DNA of 63,991 bases, filler included, from Reticulomyxa filosa (lineage: Eukaryota; Protista; Foraminifera), in NCBI GenBank assembly GCA_000512085.1. It is 14 parts of 14 records of this genome, joined end to end, with 100 filler letters (N's around TTAATTAATTAA, not from the genome) between each part and the next. Parts side by side here need not be neighbours in the genome. Positions count along the whole stretch, not along the records: positions 8,549 to 20,533 come from ASPP01009367.1; positions 20,634 to 23,454 come from ASPP01009713.1; positions 23,555 to 27,355 come from ASPP01016672.1; 11 more parts are not named here. One strand, given 5' to 3'. Position 1 is the first letter of the stretch. Every line of letters starts with the position of its first letter. The notes below the pieces were generated by a model. The model was not told where the DNA came from and made no database searches. It was given only the letters and a program-made list of their open reading frames with translations. Both the position numbers and the translations under genes were made by a program. Of this stretch, positions 13,894 to 25,150 are shown one piece after another.

Positions 13894-16076
13894 ATGGCGG
13901 AACAATTGGAACTAGGACTATTAGGTTTGTGAGATTTATTTATCTATGCGGTGACAGTAAATAAATGTACCATAACAAAAGGCGAAACAAAAAATGTGAA
14001 ACATGTCAGCTTTGTTGGCAGCACAACTGGGTGGCGGACCTTTGGTTGAGGACCCATTGTACATTGAATGCCCATGCGGCGCCAAGTTAGATCGTGTGGC
14101 GCCACGACGAGCATATGGAATAACGACATCAATTCGATGTGATGGCTGTCGACAAAGCATTGGGGCATTGGAGCCATGTTATCACTGCCCTCGCGGACGG
14201 ACATTAGCACATACGTCCGGTTACGATCTGTGCGATACTTGTGCTGTTGAGTGTGGTTCCTAGACAAAGGCCATCAAGTTGGCCTTCCTTGTTGGACACG
14301 AGAGAAAACATAAACCACATACGACAACAGGAGAAAAAGGCGGACGAGCAAACCAAAAAAGACGAGCAAAGTGCGCCACGAATGGCCGGTATTTTGAGTC
14401 GAAACATGAAAGGGGTTTTTTTTTTTTTGAGTTGTAGATTTATGTTACTACTTATTTTTTTTATTAACGAAAGATCCATTAAAATTTGTTCGCTGTCGTT
14501 GCGGAAATCAAATGGATTTTATTCCAGTGCGTTTGAAATATCGCGCACCATGCAAATGTGATGAGTGTGGTGACAATGTCCCACGATTGAGCTATATCTA
14601 CCACTGTCCAAAAGATCGCATGGACGAACACCGAACTGCCCATCGTTTGTTCGATTATTGTTTCGCTTGTGCCGTTGCGTTGATTTTTATGTGTCATTGC
14701 TGTACTCCGTTTTTCTTTTTTTTTTTTTTTTGCAAATGCTGACAAAACAAAATATATGGATAGTATAAACGAAACCCAGCGCTTGCCAACAGCACAGATG
14801 ATCCAAACAAACCGTCCCCGGTTGTTGTCCTTCCTCTTTCGAAAACTGAGCCCACTGCCAAAACCAACAAAAAATTGGATGAAAAAGAGGACACGAAAGA
14901 AACAGAAAGTAGCAAACTCTCGTCCAATACAGAAAATCGTGAAAATCTGACAGAACTTGCTGTCTTGGATGACGTCGCACAATTGGATTTACTGAAAAGA
15001 AAATTGCAAAAACGGATCATGTCCGCACCAAACGCATATACATATATTTTTTAATATTATATTCATTATTTTTTGAGTTTGTCTCTTTTTTTTTTGTTTG
15101 TTGTTTTGGAAATGGACGGGAACGTAAAAATTCAGGCAAGTTCAAAAACTGGAGGAAGAAGTAAAGGTATTGCGCGAAGCAAATCAACAGCTGAGCAAAA
15201 ACAAGGTAGTTGAAGTGCCCACAACAAAAATCAAGAATGATCAGCTAGACGAAAAGAGCATTCAAAACGACAGGTTCGTCCTTCCTTTGCTTTTCTCTCT
15301 TTGTTTAAAAGACATTTGCTCGACTTTCAACGAATAAGTAACACATATAAACATCATTTGCATTGACAAAAAATACAGAAATCCAAACAAGTCTTCAGAT
15401 TTGAGCGTGTTAGACGCCATTCTGCAATCTGAGGTATGTTGTCTATCGTGTTTAATTCCAAAAAGAGTTGTGATGGGACACTTTGGGTGGGATGGCACAT
15501 ATGACACAATGAAAGTTGTCTCAACTCGTTTCGATCGGAGGAAATAACAACGTTGGCAATAATGTGAACCAAATTGCCTCCGAGTTGGTAAAACTCGGTG
15601 TACGACAGAGGGCTGCATTGCAATGGCTTTCGAATGGCGAAATTGGTGGTGACAAAAACGGAAATGGTACCAATCCGGACGAAAAAGTGAATGGAATATG
15701 GACCCATGTGTCGCTACAATCCCTGCAAACTGTGTATGAAAAATTGGATGTCTTGATCCAACAATATCACGAAATGAGCTCGCAAGTGACTTCGTTGCGA
15801 GCTACTTGCTTGAATCATATGTCAAAAAAACAAGATGATTGGGAAAATTGGAATGCTGATGAAGTTGTTGATTGGATTTCCGCTGTTGAAAATGGCAGAT
15901 TTTCGAAATACGACGTGCATTTAAGGCAAGTCATGAACCAACGATCGTTCAAAGGTAAACATATGAAAACACTCAAGTTTGACCGATTGACTGCCCTGGG
16001 TATCAATGATAATAATGATGCAGGTGCTCTTATGAATTGTATCCAAATTTTGATCAAGAGCAATAATAGTCAATGA
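13894..16076 (+). CDS. Tandem ZZ-like Zn-finger, coiled-coil and C-terminal SAM-domain protein (multi-exon; frame break near 14250)
   Basis: Two units: DPLYIECPCG...CDGC...YHCP...YDLCDTC and DPLKFVRCRCG...CDEC...YHCP...DYCFAC. The C-terminal WENWNADEVVDWI...LTALGI is SAM-like. Confidence 0.75.
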
Positions 16077-16404
16077 AATGCTTTGTTAGTTTTTTGTTCT
16101 GTTGCTTTTTTTCGAGTCTGAAGAATAAATTGCACAGGTCACAAATCGACGATTGTACATTGTTCTTTTTTTTTACTTTTGTGTGGGCTCAATTACAAAA
16201 AGTTTTCTTTTCGTCAAATTCTCTCTTCTTGAGCTTAAGCTTTTTTATTGTCAACTGTTTTTGATCTGGACCTGCTCCAAAAAAGTTGGAATGAGAACAA
16301 AATTTGATTTCAGTTAGGTAATAAATAATTTATATTAAACAAAAAAAAATCATCAAAACAATAGCATTTTTAGCTGCTATGTTTTTTCCCTCCCTTGCTT
16401 TCAA

Positions 16405-17246
16405 TCACAAACTTTCGTACTCACTTTTCATTCTCTCCAATAATCTGTTGTTCTCTGCTTCCAGCTATTCATACATAAGCGATATGGTAAACCTGTTTAA
16501 CAAACAAGTAGAAAACAAATCCAACAAAACATTAGCAATTTCTGCGTCCACGGATTGTAGTTTTGCCTCAAGCTCTGACATAAACAATTGTGATAGCACT
16601 GTTCAATTGGTTCTGAACAATCTTGATACGACCTATTCACAAATTCAATGTTTATATACGTAATCTTGGGCCATGTTTGCAAATTTGCCCTTGTCCTAAA
16701 AGAACAAGAAACAGAAAACAAAACAAAAAAGTGTCCTCTGCAATAGGATGAGACACAATTAAATCTTCTAATTCCAATAAATATTTATGTGTGTTGGCTT
16801 TATTTACTTCGGCCAAATACGAGGTCTATTCAAATTACAAAAATAGAATGAAAAAGCACGAACACAATATTTATCATTGAAAGGAAAAAACTCACCAAAA
16901 GATTGGATTTTAGATGTTCAAATTTTTTCTTATAGCAAAACACAATTTTTCCTCCATCCTTTGGAGTGAATTGTCCTTGTTTAAAGTTTGACAGTATGGT
17001 GATCGTGGGATCCTTGCCAAGATCCAGAATTTTGTCAACACACAAATGAATGAATTTCAACAAGTTATCATAACGGGAACAATAAACAAGTTCTGATCGG
17101 TTAGTGGTTGTTGCTTGGTCTCGTTGAATTATGTCCTTCATTGTAATGTCTTTTGGCTCCTCAATTGTATGTTTTACCAACTCATGCCTGTGTTCTAAAT
17201 CGATTTCGTTATGAAATCTGTACAAATTTTCTTGATGTTGAGACAT
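16405..17246 (-). pseudogene. Multi-exon coiled-coil gene with an in-frame TGA (16603-16605); probable pseudogene
   Basis: Exons MSQHQENL...SNLL / TSYLAEVN...IAE / DKGKFANMAQDY / VVSRLFRTN*TVLSQLFMSELEAKLQSVDAEIAN / LEAENNRLLERMKSEYESL*. Confidence 0.5.
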
Positions 17247-17699
17247 TACAACAAAAACTTTTCTACAAACTCTGGGGTTAACTTTTGAAGTATATTTTGT
17301 GACAATTTAAGTGACCAAAAAAATATTTTCCCACGTGTACGTAGTATCTATTTTCTTGTAAACTTTCTCATCTTTCTTTTACTGATAAAATCATTATTTA
17401 ATTGCTTAATATTTAATAAATATCAAACAAAAGCACGACATGTAAAAACAGACATTTCATTGTAACCTTTTCAAAAAATTTTGATAATCAATTTTTAAAT
17501 GTGATATTGATTTTTTGTGAGACGTTTCTTAGCGAAACAAAAACTTTTTCTTTCTAAAATAGAACTGTTGAAGTGTGAATTTGTTGATTTGTTTCATGCA
17601 TACTTTTTTGTCTTCTGAAACAAAACATTTAAAAAAAGCCACTTGTTATAGTTTTCTCCATCAAAACATGAACAAATCTAAATCCAAAAAACTATATTT

Positions 17700-18560
17700 A
17701 GATAGGATAAGGTATCCTCAAAGTGTGAAGTTAGTAACATGGAGAATTAATATTGCGATGCATGTCAACAGACAAGCTGCACAAGTGCGTTTGTGAGATT
17801 TCGCAAAGGCAAGCCTTACTAGTAGTTTGGATGTGTGTATTCGGAAGGGATTTCGATTACGGGACATGATCAAGCAGACATAACTCATTTCCATATAAGT
17901 GTGTATATCGAGAGAAAAGAGAGATGGAAAAGAAGGAGGGTAATTTTTTTAGTTAAAAAAACTGTTATTATTATTTAAAAAAAGACTGAAGATAAAATTA
18001 CTGTTCACTCAGTGATGGAAAAATTGTGGCGAATGGATGGACTAGAGTGTGTTGAGAGGCGAAAATCGATTGATGCATGTGCTTGGATATTGCATTTACG
18101 TATTACCTTATCGGTCAGCGCTGGACAGTCTGTTTGAACAAATGGCAACGAGAAGCAAAACGCAGCTCAAACTTCGCGTTGACACATGATTCTACATGAT
18201 CAAAGCATGTATTACAATCAATTGTCTAAAGACATCTATGAATACAGTTGATCAAACATGATATTAAAAACGAACAACACTAGAGAGCTTTCTGAATTTG
18301 GGAACGAAGAGATCACACTTATAGATGCAACTAATAGGTTGAGATTTGTAGTGTCAATGGCGAATGTTATTTAACACAAGATAAATATAAATCTGTGGAT
18401 GGAATAGCTTCGGAGTTTTGTGATTTTAATTTCATAATTTCATTGAGAATATGGCTGACAAATAAACACAACAATACAAAAAAAGCGAAACAGTAGTAAT
18501 GGAAGAATGAAATAAGAAAATGACAAACTGTGAATTTTATCTAACGGCAAATAATATATT
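17700..18560 (+). mobile_element. Decayed non-LTR retrotransposon (LINE), APE-endonuclease region
   Basis: Broken frames give LVTW.., YKCVYRE.RDGKEGG.IFLVKK (the YRxDRxGxxGGGVxxLV motif) and TIDAT, with many stops. Confidence 0.5.
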
Positions 18561-19002
18561 TGCTACTGGATGATTTGGCCTAGATGTAAAAATATGGAAC
18601 ATTGAAAACATACAAATGAACGTTTAGTTTGATAAAGAAAGAAAAAAAGAAACATTAATGTGATATTTATTTGTTTGAAATTTTTTTTGAATTTTTCAAT
18701 CTTTGCTTGTTAAAAAGAATTGAAGACAAATTATATTTATAAACATCAAGAAGCGACAACAAACAAATTCGAATATTTGGCCCAAGACAACATGACTATT
18801 AATACTTTTGATTGTCATCAATGGATGTGTGTACATTAAGCTACTGACACTATCTTCTGCTGAAAAAAAAGACAATACATAAATATAAATATAAAATATT
18901 CAATACATACAAATATCAAAGTATTTTGAGTCCAAAATTTGGTATGTTATTTTCGTTATTATATATTTGGAAGTACAACATGAAGACTTAGCCACACATA
19001 TA

Positions 19003-19389
19003 CAATCGATCGCAAAAAAAAAGACCTTCATAAAATATACAACTATAAATATTTGCAATTTTTTTGATGAAAAATTAACGTTTTTTAAAATTTTTTTTTA
19101 AATGATATCTCGACGTCGTAGAGAATCTAATACCTTTGATTTTTAATAAAAATGTATTAAATCATCGTTAATATTTTTTTTTGAAAATTCTGGTATTAAA
19201 AATAAAAATACTAAACGATTCTTGTATGATTTAATACACTTTTATTAAAAATTAAAGGTATTTTTAGATTCTCCACGGCGTCGAGATATCATTTAAAAAA
19301 AATTTTAAAAAACGTTAATTTTTCATCAAAAAAATTGCAAATATTTATAGTTGTATATTTTAGGATGGTCTTTTTTTTGCGGTCGATTG
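19003..19389. mobile_element. Foldback MITE, 387 bp, TA target-site duplication (Tc1/mariner-like ends)
   Basis: Arms 19003-19165 and 19226-19389 are near-perfect reverse complements. Ends read TA|CAATCGA...TCGATTG|TA. No ORF. Confidence 0.85.
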
Positions 19390-19479
19390 TATATACGGAA
19401 CAACACAACGAAAAATCACATAATGAAGAAAATTAGAAAGTATCATCAAATGTGCAGTATCAACAAAAACAATATTCAT

Positions 19480-20150
19480 ACAATGTCAATAATAGAATGA
19501 AGGCAAGATGAAAGCAGCATTCAAAGAGATCAAAACACTAGTACAGTCATTAAAGAAGATTTGTGAATCAAAATCGATTAAAAATCTTGTGTTAAAATCA
19601 ATTGTCCAGGATTGTTATTTTGCAGTTTCTATGTGTGGTGAATGTTAGAAAGAAAACAATTGGAACAAAGACCATTTGGAAAGGAAATAAACCATTGTGT
19701 GATTCATTGCACAGACAAAGAAATGCATAAATTGAAAGAATATTCAGAAGAGATCAAACTGCTGATTAATAAAATATTGAAAAGAAAACTTCGACAAGAA
19801 GCAAGAATACACGATCAAAAGTATTGAATCACTGAAAGAAGGAAATGCAAGGCAGTTATTCTACCAGTTCAAGTCAATGAATTCAAGGTCACTGTTATTC
19901 CATCAATTATTTCTCATGGGTGGCCAAAACAGACTATGAAAAAGCCGAATTATTGGTGTCTTATTTTGCATAATCACATATGATATTGCGTCAGTGATTG
20001 AAATGAAAAGACGATGAAATGAATAATTATACTGGAATGAATTTCATCAAATAGATATAACTGAAGAAGAAGTTATTGAAGCATTGAGACAAATTTCATA
20101 TCACAAGGACCACAACAATTCACAAGCAAATGCTGAAGCATGATGGACAA
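19480..20150 (+). mobile_element. Decayed LINE, linker and start of reverse transcriptase
   Basis: IDITEEEVIEALRQISYHK..GP..IHKQMLKH at about 20050-20140 resembles the pre-RT motif (EV..A...L...KAPGPD.I...MLK). It is homologous to 63080-63240. Confidence 0.7.
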
Positions 20151-20154
20151 TATT

Positions 20155-20533
20155 AACTTTTGTCAAAAAAGTTGTATTTTGAAGGAGAAAACGTTTGAAG
20201 CTCAAGATCATTCGTGGTCCAAGAGGTTTTGAAAGAAATTTTGAAATCGAGAGATTAAAGATTCAAGTCGTCAAGAAATTCGGAGAGCAAGAAAAAAAAA
20301 TAATAAATAATCCTTCATCATCGAGATAAACTTTTGAAAAAAAGTTGTATTTTGAAGGAAGGCAAGCACAGAACGACTAGCTACTGCAACATCTAGCAGT
20401 ATCTGAAAGAAGTTCGAAGTTAGTCTTCGATTATTAACAACGATTTTCGTCGTCAACAAGATTATGGCGAAAACAGAAACAAAGACAAAGAAAATACTTT
20501 CAAAGAAATTTTTTTAACTAGTAAATTTTTTTA
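20155..20533 (+). repeat. Dispersed non-coding repeat family, copy 1, with an internal ~30-nt direct repeat
   Basis: CAACGATTT..GTCGTCAACAAGATT.TGGCGAAAACAGAAACAAAGACAAAGA is shared with 61800-62145. AAAAAAGTTGTATTTTGAAGGA occurs at 20165 and 20338. Confidence 0.8.
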
Positions 20534-20705
20534 NNNNNNNNNNNNNNNNNNNNNNNNNNNNNNNNNNNNNNNNNNNNTTAATTAATTAANNNNNNNNNNN
20601 NNNNNNNNNNNNNNNNNNNNNNNNNNNNNNNNNTTTTTTTCCCCCCCCCCCCCCCCCCCCTTTTTTTTTTTTTTTTTAGAAAAAAATAAATACGTAAAAA
20701 AAAAG

Positions 20706-21582
20706 CGATGTACCAGATTACGTATTTGAAAAAATGGATCGAAAAGACTTTGACGTGATAAAAGGACATTTATGCAATTGTGAGAAGCTGTTGCAAAGCG
20801 CGGGACAAGCAGTGGTGGAGGCGATGATGCAACGAGTCGTGAGTGATTTCCAATTGCAATCGACGATGAAGATGACAAACGTTGTGCAAGTGACCCCGCA
20901 ATGCAAGAGTGAGTGCAGCAACGACGAAGGTGAATCGCAAAAAAGCGACACCGAGGATATCGCTACCGAACAAATTGGGGTCGATTTTTACAAAAGCGTC
21001 AAAGATTTGGATCGCTTGGTTCTGAAACAACCACAAGCCGATGTGAGCGCTTTTCTGCAAAGTTGCACCAGCTTAGCTCGTCTGGGTTGCAATCAAGCAC
21101 ATCAAATGCAAAACTACATGGGACCTTATGTTCGCTTCATCCCAGGAAAAGATGTCGCCAATAAAATTATCAATTTGGCTGGTCAATGTGAAAATCAATG
21201 GCGAGAAGTTTTTTTATCTTTTTTATTTTTTTTTTTTTTATACTGAATATGTATAAAATAAATAAATAAATTTGTATTGTTGTTGCTCGTACGTATAATG
21301 TGTTCACCAATACGTATACAGGTGCAATCACAGATACGCAACTTTGAGCAACAGAGACAAGGCAATGCCAATGCCACCGCTTTGGTGAATGGATTGATCA
21401 CCAATGTAGAAAAACAACTTGATGGCGTTTTGACAAATCTTACGGAAATTGCCAAGTGCAATGACTTCCCAAAAGACGTGTTTGTCAGAAACGAGGTGGA
21501 TAGCATTCAGGCAGTGTCCACTGTCACTCAATCACTCGTTTCCACGCTTAAAGGAAATTTAAAAATGCAACTCGTTTGTTAA
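20706..21582 (+). CDS. Unknown helical protein, last two exons (intron 21208-21321), 5'-truncated
   Basis: ORFs 20734-21246 and 21277-21582 join in frame through a GT-AG intron. Confidence 0.65.
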
Positions 21583-22920
21583 AGTTTTCTTCTTTATGCA
21601 CATAAAATGATGTAAAGAGAGGTGCATCAATGTTTTTAAACGTAAACTTATACTAACGATTACATATTAAAACATTATTTTTTTCCGCTTTATTAAAAAA
21701 ATTCAGTGTGCTTTAGTTTTAACGGTATTCTGTGGATGACAATAATTAGAACTTATTTTGAAAAAAGTAAATTTTTATTTCAAAATAAATATGTCCAAAA
21801 ATAAGCCAAACAATGAAAAAGACAACAGCAAAGGCGATTGCACAAATTCACATAATACTAAATCAAAAAGATCACATTAAGGTAATATGCTAGAAATAAA
21901 TAATCAAAACAAATGTTATTTAGACATAAACTAAAATGAATGTATTTGGCTTGTATTGAGCTAAATACAACAACGTTAGTATATTTATCATTGAAAATAA
22001 TGTTAAATCTATAGCATTTGATCAAAAAATATGTTAAAAGGATGTTAGATTATAGTCATATTGAATAAAAAGTAAATGTTATCAAAAGAAAGAAAATTTA
22101 CATTATTATAGAGTGGCTAAGGGGTAAAACAGAGGATATAAGTGAGAATTAGAATTGTTAGGTTTGGAAAAATGAACAAAGTTTTTAAATTAAGGGAAAA
22201 TGGTTGGGATGATTTATTTTACCTTTGCAATATTGAGTCACTTATTATTCATGAAGTGTTATTTTCACTACAGCACTTTCTGTTCAGATTATTTTTTGAT
22301 TAACTAAATTTTACATACAAGAAGTGTTTTTAAACCACAATTCATTTTTTATGCTGTTTTGAATTTTTGCATTTATTATTTGATCTTTCTTGATGACAAA
22401 GTAGTTTGATTTTGGAAAATTTATTTGAGTATGTTTCATATGCTTGTTCGGAACATATGCTTGTCAACGTGTATATTGTTTTTTTTATCTATTATCTTGC
22501 ATTGCTTGTTTGATAAAAAATTTTGCTTGGCCGCTTTCTACCATGCGTAGATTGTTTTTTAACGTCAAGTTTAGTGATTCCTTTTTTTGCGTAATTGTCA
22601 TTGTTGCATTATTCATTAAATCAAGTAGTTTTGTTGAGTGATGAATATTCAACGATTTTCATTTAGCCAATTCAATATTTCTTCATATTACGCTCTACTG
22701 TAACTTGCAATTACCTGATGATACAATTTCTATCAACTATATATCAATTTTATTCACTTATTTGATCATAATACAATTACTGCAAGATTGTAATGTTTGA
22801 AAAATTTTGTTTCCTTTCGGTTTTTTCTTCTTGTTCTTTCTTTTGTTTAACTTGGAAAGATAAAATACCTCTATCATTTCAGCCATCTCCTAAAAAAAAA
22901 ATTTAAACTTTTTTAAACGT

Positions 22921-23454
22921 CGAAAAATCTCCCCCTCAAAGAAGAAAAAAGATAATGTCAAGTTAAATGAAAAAAGGTTCTTTTATTTACCACTTTTTTT
23001 TTCTGTATATAACTTGCCGACATTTGGAATAAATTGCAGGCAGGAATGATGTGCGCCGTGATGACAGTGTCCGTGCGAACGAAAACGAAATGTTTGCACG
23101 AATGAAGCCATTGAGTGAGACTCTGATCCGACTGTACGGGAATATAGTGCCGTATTGGAACATAGCAGCAGAGCACTGCAACAAATGGCGTACCCAGCTG
23201 AGACCATTATACGAGAAGTACTACACGCAAGAAATGGCCGAATGTGTTATGGGTCTGGTGTTGCTATTCTTTGGCGGGCAATTCGCCATGACAATAGCAT
23301 GTTACACCGCCTTACAGATATCAGGTTACACATTTAAAAAAAAAAAAGGAGGGGGAGAGGGGAAGAGGAAAGAGTGAACACAAAACAAAACAAAAAAAAA
23401 AAGGGCTACCAATAATAAAAAGTTCGTGGCAAAAGATTTACAACAATTACGTGT
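22921..23454 (+). CDS. 5' part of an unknown membrane protein, truncated
   Basis: Exon about 23049-23324 with hydrophobic CVMGLVLLFFGGQFAMTIACYTAL, flanked by GT-AG introns. Confidence 0.55.
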
Positions 23455-23573
23455 NNNNNNNNNNNNNNNNNNNNNNNNNNNNNNNNNNNNNNNNNNNNTT
23501 AATTAATTAANNNNNNNNNNNNNNNNNNNNNNNNNNNNNNNNNNNNNNNNNNNNTTATTTGCTTTGCTTTTAG

Positions 23574-24335
23574 ATCTACGACTGTTTTCAATATTTGCCT
23601 GGAGATGTTCAAGTCGCATTGTTCAGTGCAACAATGCCATTGGACATATTGCAATTGACGGAGCGATTTTTGCGCAATCCTGTGCGAATATTAGTCAAAA
23701 AGAAAGAATTGACATTGGATGGTATTAAGCAATACTTTGTTGCTGTTGAAAAGGAGGACTACAAATTCGCCACTTTGTGTGATTTGTATGAGACAATGAC
23801 TATCAGTCAAGCCATTATTTACTGCAACACACGTCGCAAAGTTGATTGACTATTTAACATTTTTGACACAACATTTGTTTTGATTAGTTGTTTGTTTTTA
23901 ATACGTTATTTTAAAAGACGAAAAACATGCTCAAAAGTTATGTTTTGATGTTACACTTAGGTGGACTGGTTAACGGATCAAATGAAACAACGCGATTTTA
24001 CAGTGAGCTCAATGCATGGAGATATGGAACAAAAGGACCGTGAAATTATTATGAAAGAGTTTCGCACTGGCAGCACTCGTGTGTTGATTACCACAGATTT
24101 GCTGGCACGTGGCATTGATGTTCACAGTGTGTCCTTGGTGATCAATTATGATCTTCCTGTCAACCGTGAGAATTACATTCATCGTATTGGCCGAAGTGGT
24201 CGATTTGGTCGCAAAGGAACTGCCATCAACTTTGTTGCCAACGAAGACGAAAAGTTATTGCAAGAAATTGAACAATTTTATCACACAAAAATTGAAGAGT
24301 TACCAATGGATATTGCACAAGCCATTCAAACATAA
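23574..24335 (+). CDS. eIF4A: Eukaryotic initiation factor 4A (DEAD-box helicase), C-terminal half; intron 23841-23960
   Basis: [76 protein letters not shown]. Confidence 0.96.
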
Positions 24336-25150
24336 TAAGAAAGATACTTTACAAGAGATACCAAGACTTCGACATTACAGGCGCTTAAATGGATGATTTT
24401 TTTTTTTGCTTATTTTTGTTTGTGGCATCACCCAAAATTAAAAAGTGACTTTGTGCAAAAATCCTATCATTGTGGAAGTTAGACAAGACGTTTTGCTTTG
24501 CAATTCAAAAACAAAGGATTTTCTTGACGAAAAATCTCAACGCAAAATTATCAGCAAACATTGCATTTTCGCCTTTCTGTTTCCGTTACACCGTGAAATT
24601 TCCAAAAAATTTGGTTATACAATCTTTCTTTGTGAAAAACCAAATGGCTTTAGATTTCTGACCATGTTCGATGTACAGCAAAGTTTCTTGGCAACGTTTT
24701 ATAACGATACAAATTTGATATGCTATTTGTATGCAATGAGGTATGGAACAATACACAATGTTTAAATTCGCTATGTGGGGTGGAAAACACCATTAATAGA
24801 CAATAACTTTTTTTAAAGCTTTAAAAAAAGTTACCTGAATAGCTTTTCTTTCTGAAAAATTTAAAATCTTTTCAAACCCAAAGCACTGAAAACGTTTTTC
24901 TTCAATTTCCCAAGCCCCAATGAGGAGAGATAAAACAAAACCTCTATTAGTACAATGTGACAATCACAAAATGAAACAAGACTTACTGCGATAACACACC
25001 ATTATCATTTGTGCCTTTATTGTTATTTTTTATTGTATTTGAAATCTGCAATTTTGTTTACTTTTATATTTTACTTCATTAAATTTTTTGTAATATGTAT
25101 TTATTGTTTTTTGTTTACACTGAATTATGCCTGTTTCATTTATTTTACTG

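Noticed and set aside
16603-16605. TGA reassignment or selenocysteine (also TGAs near 40605-40670)
   Set aside because: TGA terminates genes such as SMC6 and CTF18, conserved Trp uses TGG, the cases lie in decayed sequence, and no SECIS was recognised
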